DNA from: Spirochaetia bacterium
GTDB taxonomy: Bacteria > Spirochaetota > Spirochaetia > SZUA-6 > Bin103
Assembly (NCBI GenBank): GCA_965208575.1
Contig: CBDBOV010000002.1
Span: forward strand, 224,001 to 288,000
Reading direction: 5' to 3'
DNA: 64,000 bases
The notes under the pieces are model-generated. The model made no database searches. It worked only from the letters and a program-made list of their open reading frames with translations, and was not told where the DNA came from. Within the stretch, counting starts at the first letter, position 1. Every line of letters begins with the position of its first letter. Shown here in pieces: positions 31,241 to 42,500 of this stretch. Position numbers and translations under genes: made by a program.

Positions 31241-31788
31241 GTTACAGCCTGAACGATCAATTGGAGGCGGTCCTTCGCGCCGATCGACTACGAAGGGTTG
31301 CATCGGATCGCGTAACCATACGCGAGCGCAAAGCGAACATGTCGATCGACGTAACGGGTGTGAAATGGCGCGCCACGACGATTCGCATCGACAGGCTCGG
31401 CGACCTCTCCGGGCTGCGCCGGGGCGATTGGAACCAGAAGTGTGACTACCTCATGGTGATTCACAAGGGAACCACCTACCATGCCACATTCCTCGAGTTG
31501 AAGAAGTCCTTGGACGAGGGGGCTCCCAAGCCACTTGAGCAACTGCGTCGGTCCTTACCGTTCCTGGAATACCTGCGCTCGGTTTGCTGCATCCACTTCG
31601 AGGATGCCACTCCGCCAGATGTCGATGTGCGCTACGCGGTGATCGGCGAGAAGGGGCAACAGCGATTCGACAAACAGTCTGTGAAGGCGAGGCCGGGACA
31701 ACCCGTTTGGACGAAGCCTCACCGCGGGATTACGGTATCAGCTTTCCTGGGGCCGACTGTTCCTCTTGAGGCGCTGGTCGGCACATAG
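31237..31788 (+). CDS. Hypothetical protein, probable PD-(D/E)xK nuclease partner of the ATPase
   Basis: KCDYL...FLELK...EQL motif; GTGA overlap with the ATPase stop. Confidence 0.6.
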   Translation: MSYSLNDQLEAVLRADRLRRVASDRVTIRERKANMSIDVTGVKWRATTIRIDRLGDLSGLRRGDWNQKCDYLMVIHKGTTYHATFLELKKSLDEGAPKPLEQLRRSLPFLEYLRSVCCIHFEDATPPDVDVRYAVIGEKGQQRFDKQSVKARPGQPVWTKPHRGITVSAFLGPTVPLEALVGT

Positions 31789-31790
31789 AA

Positions 31791-32630
31791 ATGAGTGCGG
31801 TGCCGGTTGAGCGCGACGTCCTCTCGTATTACGAGCGCTACGACGAACAGGGGCGGCTCGGGCGCGGTTCCGGGGCGCTGGAGTTTGCCCGCATGCAGGC
31901 TCTGATCGAGCGCTTCCTGCCGCCGCCGCCGGGAGTGATCCTGGATGTCGGCGGCGGCCCCGGCCGCTACGCATGCTGGCTCGCTGTCGAGGGATACCAG
32001 GTCCACCTTGTCGACCCGGTACCGAAGCTCGTCGAGCAGGCGAGTGCTGCGTCGGCGGCACAGCCGGGCTGTCCGCTGGCGAGCGCCGCCGTGGGCGATG
32101 CGCGTTCGCTGCGCTACGGTCCGGCGAGCGCCGATGCCGTGCTGCTGATGGGGCCGCTCTACCACCTTACCGACCACGCGCAGCGGCTGGCGGCACTGCG
32201 CGAGGCGTACCGCGTGCTGAAACCAGGTGGCGTCCTGGTCGCCAAGGCGATCAACCGGCTGGCGTCGCTGCTGGACGGATTCTGCCGCGGCTTCATCGAC
32301 GATCCGGAGTTCGTGGATATCATCCGCCGCGACCTTGCGGAGGGACAGCACCGTGGCGTGCCCGGCACCACGCGGTACTTCACCTCCGCGTTCTTCCACC
32401 GCCCGGACCAACTCGCCGCCGAGGTCCGCGAGTCTGGCTTTCGCGGCAAGGGGCTGTTCACGGTTCAGGGGCCGGCTCAGTTCGCGCCGGACCTCGACGC
32501 GCGCATGGCGGACCCCGCCCGCCGGGCCCAACTGCTCGACCTGATTCGGCTCGTGGAAGAGGAGCAAACGCTGCTTGGCGCCGCCTCCCACATCGCCTGC
32601 GTCGCAGAGAAGCCGCCACAATCGGCGTGA
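31791..32630 (+). CDS. Class I SAM-dependent methyltransferase
   Basis: ILDVGGGPGRY, GDAR, VLLMGPLYHL, RVLKPGG. Confidence 0.9.
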   Translation: MSAVPVERDVLSYYERYDEQGRLGRGSGALEFARMQALIERFLPPPPGVILDVGGGPGRYACWLAVEGYQVHLVDPVPKLVEQASAASAAQPGCPLASAAVGDARSLRYGPASADAVLLMGPLYHLTDHAQRLAALREAYRVLKPGGVLVAKAINRLASLLDGFCRGFIDDPEFVDIIRRDLAEGQHRGVPGTTRYFTSAFFHRPDQLAAEVRESGFRGKGLFTVQGPAQFAPDLDARMADPARRAQLLDLIRLVEEEQTLLGAASHIACVAEKPPQSA

Positions 32631-32679
32631 GCGGGTAGCTCACTGAACGGGCGCGCCCAGTCCCCGGCGCTCCTGAGCG

Positions 32680-33525
32680 CTACAATGCTGCCTCGTCCGC
32701 CTCGAGCAGGCGCAGGCTTCGTTCCAGCGTGGGCACCAGCTCGGCGCGGGTGAGCGCGGCGAGATCGGGTGCGAACGGCTCCAGGGAAACGGGCCCGGCG
32801 TAGCCGAGGCGGCGCAGCCGGGCAATCTGCTCGCGGTTGCCGATCGCGTCGTGGTGATCGACCAGGCCACGGTGTTCGTCCCTGAGGCCGGGCTTCAATA
32901 GGTCGCGGCGCACCCCGGAGGCGTGCACCATGCCTACCAGCGAGATGTCCAGGTCGCGCTCTATCGCGCGTGCGTCGTCCGGCCCCAGGTAGTGATGGAA
33001 GGTGTCGTACACGAGCCTGAAGGTGGCGCCCGAATCGGCGATCGCGCGCTGCGCGGTGAGCAGCGAGTCGAGTGACGACTCGGGAAAGCCAAGCGGCTCG
33101 ACCAGGCCGGTGACGCCGCCGGCCGCGAATATCGGGCCCAACACGCGCAGCGACTGCACGGTGTCGGAATAGGTCCGCGAGGCGGTACGGCCGTCGGCGG
33201 GGTCGTTGTTGGGACACAGGACCACCGCGTCGCAGCCGATCGCGCGCGCCAGCGCAACGAGCCGGGCGCTCTCCGCCGCCGCGGACTCGCGGTGTGCCGG
33301 GGAGTTGAACTTCTGCACCGCGTTGATGGTGGCGACCCGCACCCCGAGGCGCTCGGCGAGGAGGCGAAACTGCTTGGCGCCGAGCTGGTCGATCTCTCCC
33401 CGCTGCGGAAGGTCGTTGCGCAACTCCACCTGCTCCAGCCCGGCGGCGGCGGCTACCTGCAGGAACTCGGCGACCTCCAGCCGGGGGCAGAGCATGCGAT
33501 TGATCGCGAACTGCTTGCGGCCCAT
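32680..33525 (-). CDS. Xylose-isomerase-like TIM barrel (IolI/sugar isomerase-like)
   Basis: VELRND, VEPLGF, DTFHH, VHASG, SLEPF. Confidence 0.8.
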   Translation of the reverse strand: MGRKQFAINRMLCPRLEVAEFLQVAAAAGLEQVELRNDLPQRGEIDQLGAKQFRLLAERLGVRVATINAVQKFNSPAHRESAAAESARLVALARAIGCDAVVLCPNNDPADGRTASRTYSDTVQSLRVLGPIFAAGGVTGLVEPLGFPESSLDSLLTAQRAIADSGATFRLVYDTFHHYLGPDDARAIERDLDISLVGMVHASGVRRDLLKPGLRDEHRGLVDHHDAIGNREQIARLRRLGYAGPVSLEPFAPDLAALTRAELVPTLERSLRLLEADEAAL

Positions 33526-33650
33526 TGGCGGGCAAGGTAACCGTGCCGCGCGCCGACCATCAATGGCCTCAGCGGCCCAAGGCCCGCATCAGTCGCCCGG
33601 ATTCGCCGCAAGGTGATGACAGGCGCGCCGCATAGGGCGACAATGGGGCC

Positions 33651-35243
33651 GTGCGCACGTTCAACACCGCCGGGCCGGTGCGGGCGCACCGGCACTACCA
33701 GATCGCGCCGCTGTCGCGGATCGACCTCGAGGACGTGCTCGGCCTGGTCCGCGACGAGAAGTACTTCGTGCTGCACGCGCCGCGGCAGACCGGCAAGACC
33801 TCGGCGCTGCTGGCGCTGCGCGACCTGCTGAATGCCGGCGAGGTCGGCGACTTCGGCTGCGTGTATGCGAACGTCGAGAACGGTCAGGCGATGCGCGAGA
33901 ACGTGGCCGAGGCGATGCGCACCGTGCTTGCCGAGCTGGCGTACCAGGCGAGCGTGACGCTGGGCGACGAGACCCTGGAGGAGTTGTGGCCCGCGCTCCT
34001 GGAACGGGTCGGACCGGCACAGGCGCTTCGCCAGCCGCTGGCGCGCTGGTGCATGGCAGCCCCGCGACCGCTGGTGATCCTGATCGATGAGATCGACGCG
34101 CTCGTGGGCGACACCCTGTTGTCGGTGCTGCGGCAACTGCGCACCGGGTATGCTGACCGACCGGAACGCTTTCCGCACAGCATCGTCCTGTGCGGGCTGC
34201 GCGACGTGCGCGACTACCGTATCCATTCGTCGGCGGAGGATCGCCTGGTGCTCGGCGGCAGCGCGTTCAACATCAAGTCGGAGTCGTTGCGGCTCGGCGA
34301 CTTCAGCGAGCAGGAGATCCATGCGCTGACCGCGCAGAACACGGAACAGACCGGCCAGGCGTTCACCGAAGATGCGCTGGAGTTGGTCTGGGAGCGCACC
34401 GCCGGCCAGCCGTGGCTGGTGAACGCGCTGTGCTACGACGCCTGCTTTCGCCACAAGCCGGGCCGCGACCGCACGCGCCCGATCACCGCGGACGCCATCC
34501 TGGAGGCGCAGGAGCGGTTGATCCTGCGCCATGACACCCACATCGACGATCTGGCGAACAAGCTGCGCGAGGAGCGCGTGCGGCGCGTGGTGGAGCCGAT
34601 CTTGGCCGGAACCGACGAGATCAGGGGCTCTGAGGAGGATCTCGCTTATGTCCGCGACCTGGGACTGGTGGCACGGGCCGCCGACGGACCGCCGCGCATT
34701 GCCAACCCTATCTACGCCGAGGTGGTGCCGCGCCACCTGAACAACCTGGTGCAGGAGACGCTTCCGCAACAGATGGCGTGGTACGTGGATGCTGCCGGCG
34801 CCCTGGACGTGGAGGGGCTGGTCGCGGCGTTCCAGGCGTTCTTCCGGGAGCACTCCGAGCACTGGGTGCAGCGCTTCGAGCAGTACCACGAGGCGGGGCC
34901 GCAGTTGTTGCTGCAGGCGCACCTGCAGCGCGTCGTCAACGGCGGCGGGCGGATCGAGCGGGAATACGCGCTGGGGCGGGGCAGGACCGACCTGCTGATC
35001 GTGTGGCCGCAGGGCGGGCGCGAGCGGCGCTGGGTGGTGGAGTGCAAGGTGCGCCGCGGGAACCTGGAGCGGACCATCGCGGAGGGCGTGGCGCAGACGC
35101 GCGCCTACGCGGACCGGTGCGCCGCGGAGGCGGGCCACCTGATCGTGTTCGACCGCTCGCCGGAGCGGACCTGGGAGCAGAAGATCTTCCGCCGCGCGGC
35201 GCCGCCCGGCAAGAGTGCCCCGGTCACGGTATGGGGCATGTAG
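33651..35243 (+). CDS. AAA ATPase with C-terminal PD-(D/E)xK nuclease-like domain (paralog 1)
   Basis: HAPRQTGKTS, LIDEID, GQPWLVN, REYALGRGRTDL...VECK. Confidence 0.85.
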   Translation: MRTFNTAGPVRAHRHYQIAPLSRIDLEDVLGLVRDEKYFVLHAPRQTGKTSALLALRDLLNAGEVGDFGCVYANVENGQAMRENVAEAMRTVLAELAYQASVTLGDETLEELWPALLERVGPAQALRQPLARWCMAAPRPLVILIDEIDALVGDTLLSVLRQLRTGYADRPERFPHSIVLCGLRDVRDYRIHSSAEDRLVLGGSAFNIKSESLRLGDFSEQEIHALTAQNTEQTGQAFTEDALELVWERTAGQPWLVNALCYDACFRHKPGRDRTRPITADAILEAQERLILRHDTHIDDLANKLREERVRRVVEPILAGTDEIRGSEEDLAYVRDLGLVARAADGPPRIANPIYAEVVPRHLNNLVQETLPQQMAWYVDAAGALDVEGLVAAFQAFFREHSEHWVQRFEQYHEAGPQLLLQAHLQRVVNGGGRIEREYALGRGRTDLLIVWPQGGRERRWVVECKVRRGNLERTIAEGVAQTRAYADRCAAEAGHLIVFDRSPERTWEQKIFRRAAPPGKSAPVTVWGM

Positions 35244-35303
35244 CGCCATCGCGGTTTGCGCGTTGACCAATCGCGCGCAGCGTCTTTAGCCTGGACGGGA
35301 GTC

Positions 35304-38300
35304 ATGGTGGAAATGGAACGGACCGGGTACGGTTCTCCAACGGGCGACATGCCGCATGTTCGTCATCCGATCCATCGCCGTTTCGACGCCGAGGACCTGG
35401 TGCGGCTGCGCAGGTCGTCCGAGCGGCGGCGCTTCGCGGCTTCGCAACGGCTCGGGCGCATCGACCCCAACCCGCACCAGATCGACGCGGTGATGTTCGC
35501 CCTGCGCCGCATCCCCGAGGGCGGCTGTATCCTGGCCGACGAGGTAGGGCTCGGCAAGACCATCGAGGCCGGTCTCGTGATTGCCCAGGTGATGGCCGAG
35601 GGCACCGAGCGGATCCTCATCGTCGTCCCCAAGCCGCTCCTGGGACAGTGGCAGGACGAACTGTACACCCTGTTCGGCATTTCCGCGGTGGAGGCCGCCG
35701 ACGCCGGTTGCGAGATCACTGCCCCCGGCGTTTTTCTGGTCGGGCGCGAGTACGCGGGCAGCGCATCGGGTTCGCAACGGCTGATGGCTGCGCCGCCATT
35801 CGACCTGTGCGTGATCGACGAGGCGCACGAGATGTTTGCCGGCATCTACAAACGCTTCGACCGCTTCGGCGGGTACGATGAGAGCGGCGGCTCGGCGCAG
35901 ACGGCACACCGGGTTCGCAAGCTGATCGGTCCGGCGCCGGTCCTGCTCCTGACGGCCACGCCGATTCAGAACTCACTCGACGAACTGTGGGGGCTGCTGC
36001 ACTACGTGGAGCGCACCGGGACGCTGGTGGGCTCGTTGCCGACCTTCAAGGCGTTGTTCTGTGCCGGGCAGGACGGCCGGCGGCTGGTTCCCGAGCAGGC
36101 GCCGGAACTGCGGCGGCGGCTGACCGAGGTGGTGCAGCGGACGCTGCGCCACCAGGCGCAGGAGTTCCTGGATCAGCCGTTCGTCGGCCGCCGTGCCAAA
36201 CTCTACGAGTACTCGATGAGTGCCGAGGAGAAGCAGCTCTACGACGACGTGACCAACTACCTTCTGTCCCCGAGCCTGAACGCGTTTCAGGGTCGTTCGC
36301 GGCAACTGCTGCTGATCGGTTTTCATCGCATCATGGCGTCGTCGACGGCGGCGCTGGCGAGGAGTCTCGGACGGGTGGCGGAGCGGCTGCGGCGCATGCG
36401 TCAAGGTTCGTCCGAGGCCAACGGCGCCGGCGTCATCGAATCGCTCACCGGCGACCTCGATGACAATGATCTTCCGGAGGTCGAATTTCTTCCGGAGGTC
36501 GAAGGTGTTCCGGAGATCGAGGATGAACCGGGCGTCGAGCGTTCGTCGACGATCGACGACGAGCTGGCACGGGTCGAGGAGTTCGTTCGCCGTGCCCGCT
36601 CCCTCCCGCACGACAGCAAGGCGCTCAGCCTGGTCCAGGTCGTGCGCTCCATCGGCGAGCGGCGCGGCGGCAACGGCAAGCTCGTGGTGTTCACCGAGTC
36701 GTTGACAACGCAAGAGTTTCTTCGCGATCTCCTGATCGAACACGCCGGCCTCGAGGAATCCGGGATCACCCTGTTCCGCGGCCACAACGACTCGCCGCGG
36801 GCGCGGCAGGCACTGCGGCGCTGGCAGGACGAGGTGGGCCGTCACCTTCCGGCGCACGGTCAGCCGAGTCCGGACATCGCCGCACGGCTGGCGCTGGTGC
36901 ACGAGTTCAAGACCCGTTCGCGTGTGTTCATCGCCACCGAAGCGGGCGCCAAGGGCCTCAACCTGCAGTTCTGCGACACGGTCGTCAACTACGATCTGCC
37001 CTGGAATCCGCAGCGCATCGAACAACGCATCGGCCGCTGCCATCGCTACGGGCAGAAGCGCGACGTGACGGTGGTCAATTTCCTGGCCAAGGACAATGAG
37101 ACACAACGGCTGACGCTGGAGATACTGACGCAGAAGCTGGACCTGTTCGGCGACGTGCTGGACATGTCCGATTCGGTGCTGCATGAGGCACGTTCGAAAC
37201 GGTCGGAGGAATTGACCACCGCCCTCGGCCCGGACTTCGAGCAGCAGCTCAACCGAATTTGGGAACGCGCCCGTTCGATTGACGAGGTCGAGGAAGAACT
37301 GCGCCGCTTGCGGGAAACCATGGAGGACCGCCGCCGCGAACTGGACCGGATCCGGGAGCATACGACCGGCCTCATAGAGACACGTTTCGATGACTCCGTG
37401 CAGCAGGTGTTCCGGAGCATCGCCGACGAGCTGCCCGCTACGCTCGCCGCACTGGATGCCGACCTTGAACGGGTCGTTACCGACTACCTGCGGGCCAACG
37501 GAATCGACCATGCGAGCGAGGTTCACAAACGCCGCCGGCTGATCCGCATCCCCGCTTGCGAGCGGCTTCCCGGTGCGCTGTCGGAAGGGCTCTCGGTCGC
37601 GGCAGGGCATGCGGATGCGTTGGAAGAGTTCGATGCCCTGCACGTCGCCCATCCGCTGGTGCGGGCCGCGGTTGACGATGCCCGGCGGACAGGATCGGGG
37701 ACCTTTTCGGTGCGGTTCCGGCTCACGGAGCAGGCGCCGGAGGTGCTGGAGCGGCGCCGCGGGTCACGCGGCCGCCTGGCACTGAGCCTCATCTCCTATC
37801 GCGGATTCGAACGCGAGGATCGGCTGGTAGCGACCGCTGTTTTCGAAGATTCCGAAGTCCTGCAGCCTGCCGAAGCAGCGCTGGAACTGCTCGGCATGCC
37901 GTGCGAAGACCTGCCGGCTCCACTCGGCGACCTTGCCGTGACCCCCGCCGACCTGGACGAGGTGGTGGACGAAGAACTGTTCTTCGACCAGACCCATGCC
38001 GCCGGCGAGGAAGCCGAGGCCTTCTCCCGCGCCCTGGACCAGCTCGACCAGTACGTCGAAGATCGACTCCTGGTGCAGCGGCGCCGGCAGCGGGAAATCT
38101 CGGATCAGTTGGGGCAGGCCGAGGAACGGCGTGACGCCGCGTTGGGCGCCGATGCCCGCGGCCGGGCCGAAGAGCGCATCCGGCGCTTGGAGCGTGAGCT
38201 GAGCGACGCCGACGACCGGATCGAACGGCTCGCGGCGCGCGACGACGACGACTACGAGCGCTGGCGGTCGGATGCTCACCGCCGCCGGTACGAACCGCCG

Positions 38301-38342
38301 CGGGCTGCGCGGCTGTTCGACCTGGAGTTCGTCATCGCATGA
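35304..38342 (+). CDS. SNF2-family helicase
   Basis: LADEVGLGKT, DEAH, LTATP, GLNLQFC, DLPWNP..IEQRIGRCHRYGQ; coiled-coil C-terminus. Confidence 0.9.
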   Translation: MVEMERTGYGSPTGDMPHVRHPIHRRFDAEDLVRLRRSSERRRFAASQRLGRIDPNPHQIDAVMFALRRIPEGGCILADEVGLGKTIEAGLVIAQVMAEGTERILIVVPKPLLGQWQDELYTLFGISAVEAADAGCEITAPGVFLVGREYAGSASGSQRLMAAPPFDLCVIDEAHEMFAGIYKRFDRFGGYDESGGSAQTAHRVRKLIGPAPVLLLTATPIQNSLDELWGLLHYVERTGTLVGSLPTFKALFCAGQDGRRLVPEQAPELRRRLTEVVQRTLRHQAQEFLDQPFVGRRAKLYEYSMSAEEKQLYDDVTNYLLSPSLNAFQGRSRQLLLIGFHRIMASSTAALARSLGRVAERLRRMRQGSSEANGAGVIESLTGDLDDNDLPEVEFLPEVEGVPEIEDEPGVERSSTIDDELARVEEFVRRARSLPHDSKALSLVQVVRSIGERRGGNGKLVVFTESLTTQEFLRDLLIEHAGLEESGITLFRGHNDSPRARQALRRWQDEVGRHLPAHGQPSPDIAARLALVHEFKTRSRVFIATEAGAKGLNLQFCDTVVNYDLPWNPQRIEQRIGRCHRYGQKRDVTVVNFLAKDNETQRLTLEILTQKLDLFGDVLDMSDSVLHEARSKRSEELTTALGPDFEQQLNRIWERARSIDEVEEELRRLRETMEDRRRELDRIREHTTGLIETRFDDSVQQVFRSIADELPATLAALDADLERVVTDYLRANGIDHASEVHKRRRLIRIPACERLPGALSEGLSVAAGHADALEEFDALHVAHPLVRAAVDDARRTGSGTFSVRFRLTEQAPEVLERRRGSRGRLALSLISYRGFEREDRLVATAVFEDSEVLQPAEAALELLGMPCEDLPAPLGDLAVTPADLDEVVDEELFFDQTHAAGEEAEAFSRALDQLDQYVEDRLLVQRRRQREISDQLGQAEERRDAALGADARGRAEERIRRLERELSDADDRIERLAARDDDDYERWRSDAHRRRYEPPRAARLFDLEFVIA

Positions 38343-38376
38343 CCGGACCAACGTGAACGAGCACGGGATAGTGAAC

Positions 38377-39504
38377 GTGGCACTCAAGATACTGCACACC
38401 GCCGACTGGCATCTCGGCCTGCGATTCCCCGCGGTGGCTCCCGAGCAGGAGAAACGATTGACGCGGGCTCGCCTGGAAGTGGTGGGGCGGATTCTCGACC
38501 TCGCCGAGAGCCGTGGAGTAGACGCGGTGCTGTGCGCAGGCGACCTGTTCGACGAGCCGCAGCCGGACCAGGAGTGGTGGCAGGGACTGCTGTCCGAGTT
38601 CGGGCGCAGGTCGTGGACGCGGCCGGTCGTCCTGCTGCCGGGTAACCACGACCCGTTGACGCCGAACTCGATCTATGCACCGGGAACTCCGTTCCGGCGC
38701 GGACTGCCACGCTACGTTCACGTGGTCGATTCCGATGAGTTCGAGCTGACGCTTGGGTCTGCCGCGGTCGTGTATGCGAGGCCGTGTCGGTCGCGTGCGG
38801 GTCAGACCGGTTTGGCGGCCAGCCTTCCGGCGCGTGCCGCCGGCGACGAGCGGATTCGCATCGGGCTCATTCACGGCCAGACCTTCGACCTCCGGGATCA
38901 TCAGACCACGTTCCCGATAGAACGAAACGCGGCGGAAGCGCGTGGACTCGACTATCTAGCGATCGGCGACACGCACGGTTATCGCGACGTGGAGCCGGAT
39001 GCCAAGGCTCCGACCATCTACCCGGGAGCGCCCGAAGCAACGAAGTTCGGGGAGGACGACTCCGGCCACGTCGCCGTGGTCTTCTTTCCGCGCGACCGGG
39101 CGCGACGCGCTCTGGTCAACCGGGAAGCGGTTGCAACCTGGTCGTGGCGGGAACAGACCTGCCGTTCGCTCGCGGAGCTGCGCCGATTGCGGGACGAGAA
39201 CATGAGAAAGACCGTGCTCAGGCTCACGCTGGAGATGCGGCTGCCACTGCACGAATACGACGAGGCCGTTCGTGTGCTGACGGAGTTGGAGGGGTCGCTG
39301 TCGTCCCATCCCAAGGTCGGCGTGCTGATCGCCGACCGGAGTGGGCTGCGACTCGACGCGGCGGCCGACTCGTCGCAGTTTACGAACGACTTGCCCGAGG
39401 TGCTCCGGTCGGTCGTCCGGCGGCTGAACGAGCGTGCCGCGGACGATCCGGAAACCGCGGAGCGCGCCCTCCATCATCTCTACGGATTGGTCCGGGAGCG
39501 GTAG
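38377..39504 (+). CDS. Mre11/SbcD/YhaO-like metallophosphoesterase nuclease
   Basis: HTADWHLG, AGDLFD, PGNHD, HG, GDTH, YPGAPE. Confidence 0.9.
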   Translation: MALKILHTADWHLGLRFPAVAPEQEKRLTRARLEVVGRILDLAESRGVDAVLCAGDLFDEPQPDQEWWQGLLSEFGRRSWTRPVVLLPGNHDPLTPNSIYAPGTPFRRGLPRYVHVVDSDEFELTLGSAAVVYARPCRSRAGQTGLAASLPARAAGDERIRIGLIHGQTFDLRDHQTTFPIERNAAEARGLDYLAIGDTHGYRDVEPDAKAPTIYPGAPEATKFGEDDSGHVAVVFFPRDRARRALVNREAVATWSWREQTCRSLAELRRLRDENMRKTVLRLTLEMRLPLHEYDEAVRVLTELEGSLSSHPKVGVLIADRSGLRLDAAADSSQFTNDLPEVLRSVVRRLNERAADDPETAERALHHLYGLVRER

Positions 39505-39509
39505 CGGCG

Positions 39510-42500
39510 ATGTGGATCAGGCAGATCTCCGTCCGGCACTTCGCCGGAATACGCTCCGCAGAAGTCTCGTTCGGGCACGGTCTCAACGTCCTGTACGGAC
39601 CGAACGAGATCGGCAAGTCGACGCTCGTGGACGCCATGCGTGCCGGCCTGCTGCTGCTGCACGGCGCAACGGCCGCCCGCGACTTCGAGGATTGGCATAC
39701 CGATCAACCGCCGCGGGTGGAACTGACGTTCGAAACCGAGCCACAGCGTATCTGGCGCGTGCGCAAGAGCTTCGGCAAGGGGGCGGATGGCTCGAGCTAC
39801 CTGGAGTTCTCGCGCGACGGCAAGACATTCACCCAGGAGGCCAAGGGGCGCCAGGTAGACGGCCGGATTCGAGAGCTGCTGCGCTGGGGCCTGCAGCCAC
39901 CAGGCGGAAAGGGGAGCAAGAAGGGGTTCTCGGAGTCGTTCCTGGCGACCACCCTGCTGGCCGACCAGCGCGAAGTCGCCGCCGTGCTCGACCGGAGTCT
40001 CGACGAAGACTCCGACGAGTCGGGAAAAGGACAGCTTACCGCGGCGCTGCAGGCGCTGGTCCAGGATCCCGTGTTCCGAACCGTCGTCGCCCGCACCCAG
40101 GAGCGCGTGGACGAGGCGTTCACGGGGACCGGGCAACGGAGCCGGCGGCGGGGATCGCCATGGATCAACCTTCGCGACCAGCGGCAGGCCGCCGACCAGC
40201 GCCGAACCGAGATGCGCCGCCGCGTTACCGAGAGTGACGATGCGCGAACACGGGTCAAGAGATTCAGCGACGAACTCGACGAAGCCCGCAGCCAACTCGA
40301 CAACGCGCGCCGGCATCGCAAGCGCATCGACATGGCCTGGATTCGACAGCAGGCGAGAGACACCGCCGGTGCCGAAATCGCCGAGGCAGAGCGCGAACGA
40401 GGCCGCATCCATGGTCTTCATGCCGACCTGGACCAGGCCAATCGGGAACTGTCGGCTGCCAAGGAAGCGGTCAGCGCCGCCGACAAGGGCATGGAACAGG
40501 CAGCCGAAACGGAACGGCGCGCACGCGACGGCCTCCAAACCGCCCGCGATCGCCTGGCCGAGTTGGAGAGTGGCGACGCCCGGCAGAAGCGAACCATCCG
40601 CACGCAGGAGATCGAGAATCTCCGGCTCAAGAACAGGAACCGGCGAACGGAGGCCGAGCGGGTCAGGGCGGACGCCTCCGCCGTTCGAGTACTGGAGGCC
40701 GCGGCGCAACGGCTGCGCGCGGACCTGGCGTCCAGGTCACGGGAATTAACCGCCACCAGATCCCGCGTGCAGCAGGCGCAACAGCAGGACCGCAAGGACG
40801 CCGCTGAGATCAGTCGCGTTACCGAACGTACCCTGGCTCTGAAGCTGCTGGCGTCGCGCAGGCAGCTCGCCGAGATCGACGAGTCCGTCCAGCGCGCCAG
40901 GAAATTGCGTGCGGCGGCGCAGGCGAAAACAGAGCGTGCGAAAGCGCTGCGCGCGGCGATCGAGGGCCTCTCCTTGCCGGATTCCGAACAGTTGGAAAAA
41001 CTGCGCACGTTGCAGACCGAGCTCCGGGTTGCGGAAGAAACCTTGCAGGTGGGGGTATCGGTCGAGATCACACCTGCCCGCGCGCTGTCAGTCACCACCC
41101 GCGCCGACGACGGACCGCCCCGGACGGACGACGTGACTCGGCCAGTTTCGGTCGAAGCGGCCGCGCGTCTCCGCCTGGAGCTGGAGGGGGTCGGCCAGAT
41201 CGAGATTCAGGGCGGGCGCCGCGATTCCCGACAGCGAGCTTCGCGGCTGCGAACACAGTGGGCCGACGCGACCACCGCGCTGTTCCAACGCCTTGAGGTC
41301 GACGACCTGGACGAGGTTTTCGCGATGTGCCGCACCGGCGAGAACAAGCTGGCCGAGGCTGACCGACTGGCCCGCGAAGCGGAGCAGGAGTGCGAGCGGG
41401 CCGCCGCCGCCGCGTATGAAGACGCATTCACAACCGAGCGCGAGCGGGAGCGGGACCGGCTCGAACGCCAACTTGGCGCCAGTCTTGGCGAGCGGGATCT
41501 TGAGGAGTTCGTTCGTCGGTGCGCGTCCGGCGACGGCGCCGACACGGCCGCGCTGGACGACCAGCTCGAATCCATTCGCGCCGATCGTGATCGCAGAACC
41601 GGACTGATCGCCGACCTCGGGCGGCAAGTCTCCAGGGCCGAGGGCAGCATCGAGTCCAGCCGGCAGGAGCTGGACAAGCAGGAAGCCGCGCTCGAAGACC
41701 AACGCAAGGCGCTCGACGACTGCTGGGAGGCGGCTCTGGCACAGGCGGAAGCGGAACTCAATGCCCTGGGGGAAGAGGACCGGAACCTGGGGAAGGAGCT
41801 CGAAACGCTGCAGACCGGGGCGGGCAACGAAATCGAACAAGCCCGAACCAGGGTGCGGGAGCGCACGCAGCGGCTGGCGGTTGCCGAGTCGCGCAGCACC
41901 GCGCGGAGAGAGACGGTCGAATCGGCGCGGGAGGCACGCGACCGGCTGACGGGAAGGGTCGATGAGCGCGCCGCCCTGGTGCAGCGCGAGGATCTCGCCG
42001 CGGCACGCGCGCACCTCGAGGCGCTCCGCGCCAGGTTCGCGGAACTGCCCGTACCGGAGAAGGGAGTCACCGAACGGGACCGCGAGCGGGCAGAGGAAGC
42101 CGTACGGCTCCTGGCCGACGAATGCAACGCCAGGCAGGCCGAGCTGCAGAAGGCGGAAGGCGCGCTGCAACAGGTTGGGGGGCACTCCGTCCAGGAGCAG
42201 CTCGAACAGGCGGACGAGGCCGTGAAGGCGATCGATCGCCGCGAGGGCGAGGTGGAAATCGAATATGGCGCCTGGAAGCTGCTGCTCGAAACGCTTCGGG
42301 AGGCCGAGGCCGAAGACGCCGTGCACCTCGGCAAGGCGCTCGTCGAGCCGGTATCGCGGCGCGTCTCCGAACTGACCGGTGGCGCGTACGGCGAGGTGTC
42401 GATCGCGCCGACGCTGTCGACCGAGCATATCGAGGCCGCCGGCAGCAAGCGGGAGCTGTCGAGGTTGTCGGTCGGGACCCGCGATCAGCTTGCCACCGTG

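Noticed and set aside
38784-39509. N-terminal extension of the Rad50-like ORF
   Set aside because: Overlaps the phosphoesterase gene out of frame; family-typical start MWIRQISV at 39510
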